Origin: Candidatus Poseidoniaceae archaeon
GTDB lineage: Archaea > Thermoplasmatota > Poseidoniia > Poseidoniales > Poseidoniaceae
DNA: 32,000 bases
Direction of reading: 5' to 3'
Assembly: GCA_943789275.1 (NCBI GenBank)
Contig: CALSTM010000002.1
Span: 720,001 to 752,000 of the forward strand
Part shown: positions 8,257-16,624 of the stretch, in pieces
Position numbering within the stretch: the first letter of the stretch is position 1
Layout of the letters: the number at the start of each line of letters is the position of its first letter
Translations under genes and position numbers: made by a program
The notes under the pieces: generated by a model
Told to the model about the DNA's origin: nothing
Databases searched by the model: none
The model's input: the letters and a program-made list of their open reading frames with translations, nothing else

Positions 8257-9108
8257 CTAGGAATCGGATGGAATGAAGAGAATGGTCGAGCCGGCACGCA
8301 CAAATTCCCCCTTCGGATGAGAAGAGTTTTGTTCCTCGGCAGAGACAACATTTGGAGTGAATAAGCGTGCAGGTGCCCGAATGTCTACACGTGAGCCGAG
8401 ACGTATCATGCCGTAACGTTGTCCGCGACGAACTTCAGAATCGACACCCAGCCACGGAACGATGGTCCGAGCGAAAGCCCCTGAGATTTGTGTGACTTCA
8501 ATCATGAGTTCCTCCTCTCCTTTGAACACGCTGCGAACCCTTTCATTGTACTGACTTTCCTTTTTGTAGGCTGCCAGAAAAGGACCGCGTCGAAGACCTT
8601 TGCCAGCCCTGTGCTCCATTCTGTGAAGTGTTCCCGCAAGCGGAGCTCGATTGACATGGACATCAAGTGGAGACATGAAAATCGCGATTCGGAACACATC
8701 GTCGTTGGATTCCTCGCCCTCCTTCACTGGTTCAAAACGTTGTTCGGTTTCAAACTGCAGGGGATGTTCCAATGGTTCAGGATACCAATCTCCGGTGAGT
8801 GTATCGGACTCACACTCACCAGACGCCAACTGTTCTTTGTTGGGGCGTCGGCCCGTTGCTCGTTCGCGGCGAACAAACATGACGTGACCGTCTGCTGGGC
8901 TTACCAATACATTCTCATCGCGTGGGATAGGACGGTCTGGGTCTCGCCAAAAATTAGCGCAAAAAGCTGAGAGCATCAAGCAAAAGATACCGAACAATGG
9001 AATGAATCCATACAACGAATCAATGGTTGCACCGATGATGAGAGCACTGCCTCCCATCATCAAAGGGATGAGAACTGGAGCGTGGCCACCATGGGCCAGT
9101 CCACCCAT
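8257..9108 (-). CDS. psd: Phosphatidylserine / archaetidylserine decarboxylase proenzyme (small membrane-anchored type).
   Basis: Two N-terminal TM helices. Psd motifs are SPADGHV, MSPLDVHVNRAPLAGT and the self-cleavage-type G-S site (IRLGSRVDI). GAGG lies 7 nt upstream of the ATG and overlaps the upstream gene's stop. Confidence 0.8.
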   Translation of the reverse strand: MGGLAHGGHAPVLIPLMMGGSALIIGATIDSLYGFIPLFGIFCLMLSAFCANFWRDPDRPIPRDENVLVSPADGHVMFVRRERATGRRPNKEQLASGECESDTLTGDWYPEPLEHPLQFETEQRFEPVKEGEESNDDVFRIAIFMSPLDVHVNRAPLAGTLHRMEHRAGKGLRRGPFLAAYKKESQYNERVRSVFKGEEELMIEVTQISGAFARTIVPWLGVDSEVRRGQRYGMIRLGSRVDIRAPARLFTPNVVSAEEQNSSHPKGEFVRAGSTILFIPSDS

Positions 9109-9117
9109 AGAATCGCC

Positions 9118-9894
9118 TCACTCAGCCCAAGGGTCGTCGCCATCAGCCCAAGTGGCTGCAGCGGTGGTTTCAGGAGCTGCCGGTTCTGCAACTTCTTCGG
9201 TTGCTTCCTCAGTTGCTGCTTCTTCGACTTCTTCGACTTCTTCAGAAGCAGCATCAACGACTTCGACGGATGCTGTCGAATCCTCAGCAGCTTTGCCCTC
9301 TGCTTCAGCATCAGCCAAATCCGAAGCGCGTGCCTCAACCATGTCTTCCATCCGTTCGGTGAACGCACGAGCCATATGCTGTGATTTTCGCTCTGCTTCG
9401 ATAGCACGCTCGATCATTTCGTAGCGTACCTTGATTGCCTTGTTGAGGTCTTCGAAAATTTGCATGTGATCGACGTACCAGTCGTCCCGAGCTTTCATCT
9501 CAACGACAGCGTGCTTCAAATCGTTGTCCAGTTCTTCAGCGATGCTGAAAACGGTGCTAACACGGTTCTTTTCCCGGGTATACTTTTCTTCCATCTTCTC
9601 CAATTCAGGTTCAAGATGTTCGACTTTCTTTGAGGCTTTGACAGCACGGAGTTCAAGTTCACGGACTCGAACTTCTTTTTCCGACAGGAGTGCTTCTTGT
9701 GTTTCCTTTTCGATTTCACGTTCAATGATTTCTTTTTCCAAAACTTCGATGGTTGCTACTGCATCCTCAAGGTCGGATTGTGCGGAGGTAAATGCTTCGT
9801 ACAGGACCTTGATTTGGTCTTCGTATTCTTCAGCAGTCAATTTCTTTACAGCCGGTTCAAAGTCCGCTGGGATAATGGTTCCGTCTTCGGTCAT
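9118..9894 (-). CDS. Hypothetical coiled-coil protein with a strongly acidic Glu/Ala/Thr-rich tail ending in WADGDDPWAE.
   Basis: Heptad-like charged sequence throughout. I prefer ATG 9894 (GGGTGA 4 nt upstream) to the TTG at 9948. The gene ends 10 nt before the psd start. Confidence 0.6.
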   Translation of the reverse strand: MTEDGTIIPADFEPAVKKLTAEEYEDQIKVLYEAFTSAQSDLEDAVATIEVLEKEIIEREIEKETQEALLSEKEVRVRELELRAVKASKKVEHLEPELEKMEEKYTREKNRVSTVFSIAEELDNDLKHAVVEMKARDDWYVDHMQIFEDLNKAIKVRYEMIERAIEAERKSQHMARAFTERMEDMVEARASDLADAEAEGKAAEDSTASVEVVDAASEEVEEVEEAATEEATEEVAEPAAPETTAAATWADGDDPWAE

Positions 9895-9940
9895 TGCTTC
9901 ACCCGGAGGCAAGCCTCCGTGAACACCCACACACCTCCAC

Positions 9941-9964
9941 CCTATCAAGCCGACGCTTGATAGG
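9941..9964 (-). other. Perfect 10-bp stem, 4-nt loop hairpin or palindrome (CCTATCAAGC CGAC GCTTGATAGG) between pip and the coiled-coil gene.
   Basis: Read directly. It lies 30 nt downstream of the pip stop and 47 nt upstream of the 9894 ATG. No T-run follows it. Confidence 0.5.
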
Positions 9965-9993
9965 ACTGATTCTAACCAGCAAACGGACCAAGA

Positions 9994-10956
9994 TTAACGG
10001 TAAGAGTCCGTTACAGAAACAAGTTCTCTAGCGATGCTTACTTCCCCCATCGAATGGCCCGCATCCGGAACCAATACCAGATGGCTTGAAGGTACGGCTT
10101 TGTGCAATTCCCACGCACTGCGGGCTGGGCAAACTACATCGTATCGTCCTTGGATAATGTGCATTGGGATGTGTTGAATGGAATCCACATGATTGAGGAT
10201 ATGTGCTTCTTCAAGGAAAATAGCGTTGATGAAGTAATGGCATTCAATTCGAGCGAACGCAACTGCGAAATCTAAATCTTCAGCCTTTTCGAGGTATGAG
10301 TCGTCTGGGAAAAGACGGCTTGTGGCCATCTCCCAGCGCGTCCATTCCTTGGCGGCTGCACGCCGAACGGAGACATCTTCGCTGGTAAGGCGGGAATAGT
10401 ATGCTGTGATGAGGTCGTTCTGCTCATTCAAGGGGATATGTTCGCGGTATGCCTCAAATGCATCGGGGAAAATATGACTGGCTCCGTCTTGGTAAAACCA
10501 CCGAAGTTCGCTCTTTCGGCACATAAATATGCCACGCAACATCAAGCTAATTGCACGATTGGGATGCTGTTGAGCGTAAACCAGAGAGAGGGTTGAGCCC
10601 CACGAACCACCAAAGACATGCCACTCCTCGATACCGAAGGTCTCTCGAAGTAATTCAATATCATGAACGGATGCTTGGGTCGTGTTGTCTTCGAGTTCAG
10701 CGTATGGTGTTGATTTCCCGCATCCGCGCTGATCAAACTGGATAATGTTGTACGCAGTTGGGTCGAAGTACCGGCGGTATGCTGGCTGTCCACCACCGCC
10801 TGGTCCCCCGTGAATCACAATCACTGGCATGCCGTCAGGATTTCCACTCTTTTCCCAAGCAATTGTGTGCAAATCCGATACGCGTAACATGCCCGTTTCA
10901 TAGGGCTCTATCAGCGGATACAATACATCGTCAATCGTGGTCGTAACATCGAGCAT
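9994..10956 (-). CDS. pip: Proline iminopeptidase (alpha/beta hydrolase, S33 family).
   Basis: LYPLIEPYETGML, HGGPGGGG, nucleophile elbow GGSWGSTL and a C-terminal DAGHS. Confidence 0.9.
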   Translation of the reverse strand: MLDVTTTIDDVLYPLIEPYETGMLRVSDLHTIAWEKSGNPDGMPVIVIHGGPGGGGQPAYRRYFDPTAYNIIQFDQRGCGKSTPYAELEDNTTQASVHDIELLRETFGIEEWHVFGGSWGSTLSLVYAQQHPNRAISLMLRGIFMCRKSELRWFYQDGASHIFPDAFEAYREHIPLNEQNDLITAYYSRLTSEDVSVRRAAAKEWTRWEMATSRLFPDDSYLEKAEDLDFAVAFARIECHYFINAIFLEEAHILNHVDSIQHIPMHIIQGRYDVVCPARSAWELHKAVPSSHLVLVPDAGHSMGEVSIARELVSVTDSYR

Positions 10957-10994
10957 GAACCTTCGTAAGGCCGGCGAATATTGTTCTTATCGGA

Positions 10995-11651
10995 ATGGAC
11001 ATCTTCTTGGAATGGGTCGGTTCGACCGTTTTTATGAGCCGGAGAGAAGCGACCGAAGTTTTTAGCGAATGGGCCGAGAAAGGCAAAGACAAGGGTATGG
11101 AAAATGGCCATGCTGCATCGGTTCATGCCATGCTAAAGCTCGCCGGCATCCCTCGTTCAGAAACCTATTCTGCCGTTGACGTAGGATGCGGAAACGGTTG
11201 GGTATGCAGACTTTTAGCACAAGATGAAACTTCCACTCGTGTTGTAGGCGTTGACGGTTCTGAGGCCATGATTGCTAAAGCAAAAACGATTGATTCAGAA
11301 GGTGATTACCGCGTCACTGTGTTACCAGATTGGGAACCTTCAGAGAAATTTGATTTTGTCCACAGTATGGAATTCCTGTATTACCTTCACGACCCTCAAT
11401 CCATGCTCAAACAACTTCACGACAACTGGATGAACAGCGGTGGAATGCTGGTTGCAGGTGTTGACCATTACCTCGAAAATGAAGACAGCCTAAGTTGGCC
11501 TGAAGCATTGAACGTCCACATGACAACACTCAGCATGGACGATTGGAAAACAGCTATGATTGAAGCAGGTTTTAGGGACGTGGAACTTCACCAAGTTGCC
11601 GCAAAAGACTCGTTCATTGGGACACTGGTCATGTGCGGTAAAAAGGCCTAA
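10995..11651 (+). CDS. Class I SAM-dependent methyltransferase.
   Basis: Motif I VDVGCGNGW, then an acidic VGVDGSEAM, then FDFVHSMEFLYYL. Confidence 0.75.
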   Translation: MDIFLEWVGSTVFMSRREATEVFSEWAEKGKDKGMENGHAASVHAMLKLAGIPRSETYSAVDVGCGNGWVCRLLAQDETSTRVVGVDGSEAMIAKAKTIDSEGDYRVTVLPDWEPSEKFDFVHSMEFLYYLHDPQSMLKQLHDNWMNSGGMLVAGVDHYLENEDSLSWPEALNVHMTTLSMDDWKTAMIEAGFRDVELHQVAAKDSFIGTLVMCGKKA

Positions 11652-14600
11652 TCGTCGTCATCCCCAACAGGGCCGAGAACTGAGCCTTCAGGCCCGCATA
11701 GCCGGATTTGTCCGCGCCCAAATGGGCATTGAGAACAGATGTGCGATGAATCTTCAGGCAAGCGTGGAGGTTCACTCACCGCTTCGGGCGTAGCGGAGAG
11801 TTGCGCCATCCATTCAAGGTGTTGTGCAAGTGTTTGGGACGCAGATTCATATTCGTTTTGAGTCAACTGGACCATACGGCCCGATGCTCCGATGAGCAAG
11901 GCTGGAGGAAGGACTCTGCGGCGCTCACTCGCTGGCTTCTGTTGCTCAAGCACCTCGAGAGCCATCGAATACAGGGTTAACTGAAGTCGGTGTTCGTCGA
12001 GTATCGAACGCTCTTCCAAAGTTGATGGGTAAGGAACCAACACATCGCCCTTGTATCTTTGAAGACGGCTTCCAGACTCTGGGTTTTCTGAGTTGAACTC
12101 GTCACGGCACCCCTTGGTCTTCAAGTCGACCACTTGGAGACAGCCGTTGCCTTGCTCGTCGCGCATGGCGAGAACTAAATCCGCTCGTCCATCAAAAAGA
12201 ACATCAACGTGGTCAATTTGTGCAAGATTCTGGGTCCCTTCGACCGAAAAGCCGGTTCTAAGCAGGCCGTCAAATCCGACTTTATGCCGGAAAAAAAACG
12301 GAAGTTCGGTGCGTAATCCTTCGACTTTAAACCCGAAATGTTGCTCACCGGCAGCATACCGTCCAAGCAGTCCATTCCGGACCAGTGAACCGAGTTCAAC
12401 TAACCGATCGAAGGTTGGCTTGAAGGCTTCTGAATCTGTGGCAGTAATGCCTTCTTCTGTCAAAACGCGTACAATGGTTTCTTCATCGTCAAGTAAGTCC
12501 TTCCCGTCAAAAGTCCATGCAGCCATAAGTGGAGTAGAAGGCGGTGCATTCTTGATGAAAGGGTTTTCCAAACCAAGTTCCACCAACCGATGCATGAGTG
12601 TTCCAAAAACAGTCGCTGGCGGGTATATCGATACTGAGGACTCTGGCAAAGGCCGATTCAAAAAGAAATTCAGTGGTTCTGGGTTCCAGCCTTTCACTTC
12701 CGAGAGCCAGTGACGGCGAGGACAGGCAAAACTGGTATCCAGTCCATGGGCCGTCATTCGCATCATTTCACTGACAAGAGGAAGGGCGGTTTGAGGTGCT
12801 GGAACTGGACTCATCTGAGTCAGTTGAGTCTCAAGGTTCATCCATCGTTGAAGCGGAGTTGCTGTACTCAAGCCAGGGAAACAATCTGGAGAATGGTACA
12901 CATACAGGGATTTGACTGATTGAGGACCCAAGCATGCATCTTCAATCAGCGAACGGGGGTTGAAAGAAAGGGTCGTTTCCTTGTATTGCGAAAGCGAGGT
13001 TGCAAAGGAGTCATTTGGCTGAAGCCATGGCGAATCTTGAACACTGTTTTGATGAGACAAACTTCGTAATCCATCAAGCCACATGGCGCCCATCGTCTTC
13101 ATCGAAGGCTTACTCTTGAGTTCCAAAAAGCGAGTTTCTTCATGGATTGTTGCTGTGTCGCTAGGGGAGCCTACAACAATCAATCGGTCCTTCACACGGG
13201 TTAAAGCAACGTAGAACTCACGCCTGCGTTCAGCCTGTCGCTGCGCGTGGTCCATTCGTTTAGCAAATTCCCAAAGACCGTCATCTGGGCGGTCGCGTGA
13301 AGACCACGGATTGATTCGACCAGCAACCACTTGCGGAGTAACCAGGACATTGTTGCGTACTGCTAACGAAGCATCGGACTTACCCGCATGGAACATTCCT
13401 GCCACAACAACAACCGGAGCTTGGAGACCTTTTGCTCCGTGGATTGTCATCACTTGCACTGCCCCTCCAGAAGGCGTGATAATAGCAGAGGGACCCTTGC
13501 CACCGAGCGACTGAAGTGATTTCATGCGGTTGAATATTGCCGAGGCTTCATGACCCAATTCCTTACCAATTGAAGCTGAAAGTGCACACCAAGCCTCAGC
13601 GTTCTGCCGAGAAGTATCATCCGAGTATGCGAAGAGCAAGTCCGAATGGTCAAGAACGGCATCAAAGACATCGTGTACTGCACCTTGTTGCACCATCGAC
13701 TCCATGTGCTCCACCAGTCTTTTGACCGAATCACTGGGTGCAAATTTGTGCATTTTCTGCCACCAGGTTAACTCGTCGGTTGACGACATCAGAGCATGGG
13801 ATTGTGCGTCGTTAAATCCGAACACCGGAGAGCGAGCAAGAGCCAATGCAGCATGACGAGAATGAGGGAAAGCGATCAATTCAAGGCAAGCGAGCAGAGG
13901 AGCAACGACTGGCCGCTCCAAAAGCGCACCTTGCCGGTCAGCCATAACCGGTATGCCGCGAGATTGAAGGCGCTGAATCAAGTCGGGAATGTATTTTCTC
14001 GAATGAACCAAAATGAGTACGTCCTCAGGCCGAACGGCTGTGGAATTCGACGCCACTTTGTGGTACCCGTTTACCGATGCATCCCACACTTGTGTTGGGC
14101 TTTGAGTGACAAGAGCTTGCAATCGGGCAGCAATCAATTCGTTTTCGAGATGAGCACGTTTGGCATCAGGGTCTGCAAATGTATCAATTTGTTTTTCGAG
14201 GTCAAGGCTTGGGGGCTCAACTCCAATTTGCAACGGTAAAAGCCACTCAAGTACACCTTCGACTTCTTCTTTGACCTCTGCAGGTTCTTCAAGGTCCCTG
14301 GCGGGACGGAGTGATTGTGATTCAGCATGCCAATCTCCAGGTAGAACGTAATGCCGTTCATCGAATACATCGTCAAATAAACCGTTCATCGTCCGCATTA
14401 AGTTGTGGAGAGTTCGGTGGTTAGAGGTCAAGTCGATATGACCCAAAAGTCGCCGAGCTCGGCGCTCGTCAGAAACCAATTCTACGTAACCACTTCCGTC
14501 CTCAAATCCAACTTCGACGTGTTGCCACAACTGGGATTCCACTGCCTTACCTTCGATTTGAGAGCTTTGGATAAACGACTTTCCAGCACCAACTGGGCGC

Positions 14601-16624
14601 GGGTCTCTCCCACACCCCTCCACGCGTAAATGTTGCAGCCTTGGTTCTGATTCTTCAATCGAATTCGCCGATTGGATGGCTGCCACCGTACGGCGCATGA
14701 CCGTAACTTCTGCTTGTCGGAACCGGTAGATACTTTGTTTCATATCACCGACGATGCAAACGGTTGGGTCCCAGGGCCCTAAAGGTCGAAGCGGTTCATC
14801 TGCTTCGAGCCTACGATGGCCCCAGAGACGCGCAAGGAGACGGAAGTGTGCTGGGTTGGTGTCTTGGTATTCATCAATGATGAAGGCACGATATTGACGG
14901 CGAATCGTTTGCAAGGTGTAGAAACGGCGCTGAAGGTCTTCGTAGCATGACTGGTCTTCGCCAGCCAAGCGCATGGCACGAGAAATATGTTGGTCGGACC
15001 AAGGTTCGTCCCCCAACCGGTCAAGTGCTTGAACAACGACTGGAGGGTAGACATGGCGAACCATGTCCGGGCATCGTGCGAGCAAAAGATCCGCAACAAG
15101 GCGTTGTATGTCATCATAGTCGTGAACGCCTTCGTGGGCTTTACGTAGCGACAAAATATCCTGACAACCTCTGTGTACGACAAGCAAATCATTGAGTACA
15201 TTGGTTTGGAGTTCATCCGAAATTCGAAGGCGTCCTTCGGGTGCAAGGTCACTGAACGACAAGGTGACTTCCTGACAACGTATCTTCGAATCTTCAGGCA
15301 AAAACGGTAATTCCGAGGTGGGGTGGAGCAAGAAGGCACTGCGGCCGAGAAGGCAAACAAGCTTGCCGAGTCGGCCTGTCAAGAGGTCTTTCAGTTCATC
15401 TCCGGCATTCATCGCATCCACTACAACGGCTTCTTTTTCTGCCTTTGAAACGCCTTTGGCGGCGGATTTCGATAACAGTCCAGGGTGCCATCCTTCGGAA
15501 TGGTTGGCTTGCGGCAGACCTCCTTTCGGGAAGAAATTCGGTACTTCGTCCGCCAATTGGTTGGTTGTTGCCGCAGCAATCGCCACCTGCCAAACCCATT
15601 GCAGGCATTCGCCGGGGTCATCGGAAACTGTTTGACGAGCCAATTCAGTGAGATGGTTGAATCGGGTGAGAGTGGTTCCAATTTTCGCCTCACATGCGTG
15701 GACGTAACTTGCAGCGTGGTTCATGTAAACGTTAACCCATTCCGAAAGGGAATGTTGTAAGGATTGAGCAAAACCAACAACGGTATGCCGAACGGGTTCA
15801 AGGAACATATCCATGAGTATCTCGTAAGGCATTGGCCCATCACCGCTCCAATTATGCCCAAGTGTTTGCGCCCGAGCAAGCATGGCTTGATACGCCTCTT
15901 CAACGAACAGTGACTTGCCGAGCATTCCACTCAGTACGACGGCTGAACGTTCTTGACCGCCAAGCAGGACTGCGAGGCGGTTTCTTGATGCTAAGAACGC
16001 CCCGATGTGACCTCGAACTCCGGCTTCATGCGCATCATCGATGGTTCGAATCCGCCATGCTGAATGCAGTGCTTCCCTGATAAGGAGCGGCGCTCTTTCT
16101 TCAGAAATCTGCTCCCGGCTTGGATGAACTGCAACCAAGTCGAGATGCGGTGAGACAAGTTGAGAAAGAAAAGCATCGATGGTTGAAATCGGTGCTTCAT
16201 CGAGAGCAGACATCAAGGTCTCGATGTCTCCCTCGCGAATTCGAGGGTCGAAAATACCCTCGTCATCCGCTTTTTCCGTGGAGGTAGCACGGCTTTGGCC
16301 GACCCGGTGTCGGATTCTTGCTTTCAATTCTGCAGCGGCTTTCTTGGTGAATGTAATGGCTACAACTTCACTTGGCAGTAACCCCTTCCATTCCTTAGGA
16401 GGCGTTCGTTGACGAGGGGGTGCTCGCAAGAATCCGCTCGCTTGAATGGATTCTCGAGGGCCGGGCGGAAGTAAATGCGTAGCACGCTGCTCTGATGAGA
16501 GAAGGTGTTGCACATAGCGTTCAGCCATCACCGTCGTTTTCCCAGTGCCTGCGCCCGCATCCAACGCAATGTGTTTATCGAGGTCAAGGCCAAGTTGTTG
16601 GCTTCGATTAAATTCAATAATCAA
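11648..16624 (-). CDS. addA: AddA/RecB-like SF1 (UvrD-type) helicase fused to a C-terminal RecB-family PD-(D/E)XK nuclease with a Cys cluster (1658 aa).
   Basis: Walker A DAGAGTGKTT (16535..16555). Helicase motifs IIDEYQDTNP, GDMKQSIYRFR, TIHGAKGLQAP and FYVALTRVKDRLIV. Nuclease signature GRADLVL...VVDLKTKG (12110..12184) plus QLTLY. Cysteines are FACPRRHW and CSQCPFGRGQIRLC (11696..11737). The TTG start overlaps the upstream stop (TTGA). Confidence 0.85.
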   Translation of the reverse strand: MIIEFNRSQQLGLDLDKHIALDAGAGTGKTTVMAERYVQHLLSSEQRATHLLPPGPRESIQASGFLRAPPRQRTPPKEWKGLLPSEVVAITFTKKAAAELKARIRHRVGQSRATSTEKADDEGIFDPRIREGDIETLMSALDEAPISTIDAFLSQLVSPHLDLVAVHPSREQISEERAPLLIREALHSAWRIRTIDDAHEAGVRGHIGAFLASRNRLAVLLGGQERSAVVLSGMLGKSLFVEEAYQAMLARAQTLGHNWSGDGPMPYEILMDMFLEPVRHTVVGFAQSLQHSLSEWVNVYMNHAASYVHACEAKIGTTLTRFNHLTELARQTVSDDPGECLQWVWQVAIAAATTNQLADEVPNFFPKGGLPQANHSEGWHPGLLSKSAAKGVSKAEKEAVVVDAMNAGDELKDLLTGRLGKLVCLLGRSAFLLHPTSELPFLPEDSKIRCQEVTLSFSDLAPEGRLRISDELQTNVLNDLLVVHRGCQDILSLRKAHEGVHDYDDIQRLVADLLLARCPDMVRHVYPPVVVQALDRLGDEPWSDQHISRAMRLAGEDQSCYEDLQRRFYTLQTIRRQYRAFIIDEYQDTNPAHFRLLARLWGHRRLEADEPLRPLGPWDPTVCIVGDMKQSIYRFRQAEVTVMRRTVAAIQSANSIEESEPRLQHLRVEGCGRDPRPVGAGKSFIQSSQIEGKAVESQLWQHVEVGFEDGSGYVELVSDERRARRLLGHIDLTSNHRTLHNLMRTMNGLFDDVFDERHYVLPGDWHAESQSLRPARDLEEPAEVKEEVEGVLEWLLPLQIGVEPPSLDLEKQIDTFADPDAKRAHLENELIAARLQALVTQSPTQVWDASVNGYHKVASNSTAVRPEDVLILVHSRKYIPDLIQRLQSRGIPVMADRQGALLERPVVAPLLACLELIAFPHSRHAALALARSPVFGFNDAQSHALMSSTDELTWWQKMHKFAPSDSVKRLVEHMESMVQQGAVHDVFDAVLDHSDLLFAYSDDTSRQNAEAWCALSASIGKELGHEASAIFNRMKSLQSLGGKGPSAIITPSGGAVQVMTIHGAKGLQAPVVVVAGMFHAGKSDASLAVRNNVLVTPQVVAGRINPWSSRDRPDDGLWEFAKRMDHAQRQAERRREFYVALTRVKDRLIVVGSPSDTATIHEETRFLELKSKPSMKTMGAMWLDGLRSLSHQNSVQDSPWLQPNDSFATSLSQYKETTLSFNPRSLIEDACLGPQSVKSLYVYHSPDCFPGLSTATPLQRWMNLETQLTQMSPVPAPQTALPLVSEMMRMTAHGLDTSFACPRRHWLSEVKGWNPEPLNFFLNRPLPESSVSIYPPATVFGTLMHRLVELGLENPFIKNAPPSTPLMAAWTFDGKDLLDDEETIVRVLTEEGITATDSEAFKPTFDRLVELGSLVRNGLLGRYAAGEQHFGFKVEGLRTELPFFFRHKVGFDGLLRTGFSVEGTQNLAQIDHVDVLFDGRADLVLAMRDEQGNGCLQVVDLKTKGCRDEFNSENPESGSRLQRYKGDVLVPYPSTLEERSILDEHRLQLTLYSMALEVLEQQKPASERRRVLPPALLIGASGRMVQLTQNEYESASQTLAQHLEWMAQLSATPEAVSEPPRLPEDSSHICSQCPFGRGQIRLCGPEGSVLGPVGDDDD

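Noticed and set aside
12093-12713. Long antisense or alternative-frame ORFs inside the large genes. Examples are 12093..12713 (+), 8488..8970 (+), 9002..9424 (+), 9524..9922 (+), 2131..2592 (-), 20646..21119 (-), 5431..5745 (+) and 14779..15360 (-).
   Set aside because: Each lies entirely within a longer ORF that has clear family motifs on the other strand or frame. Their products are low-complexity, Ser/Arg/Pro-rich, and have no motifs or SD. They are typical shadow ORFs.
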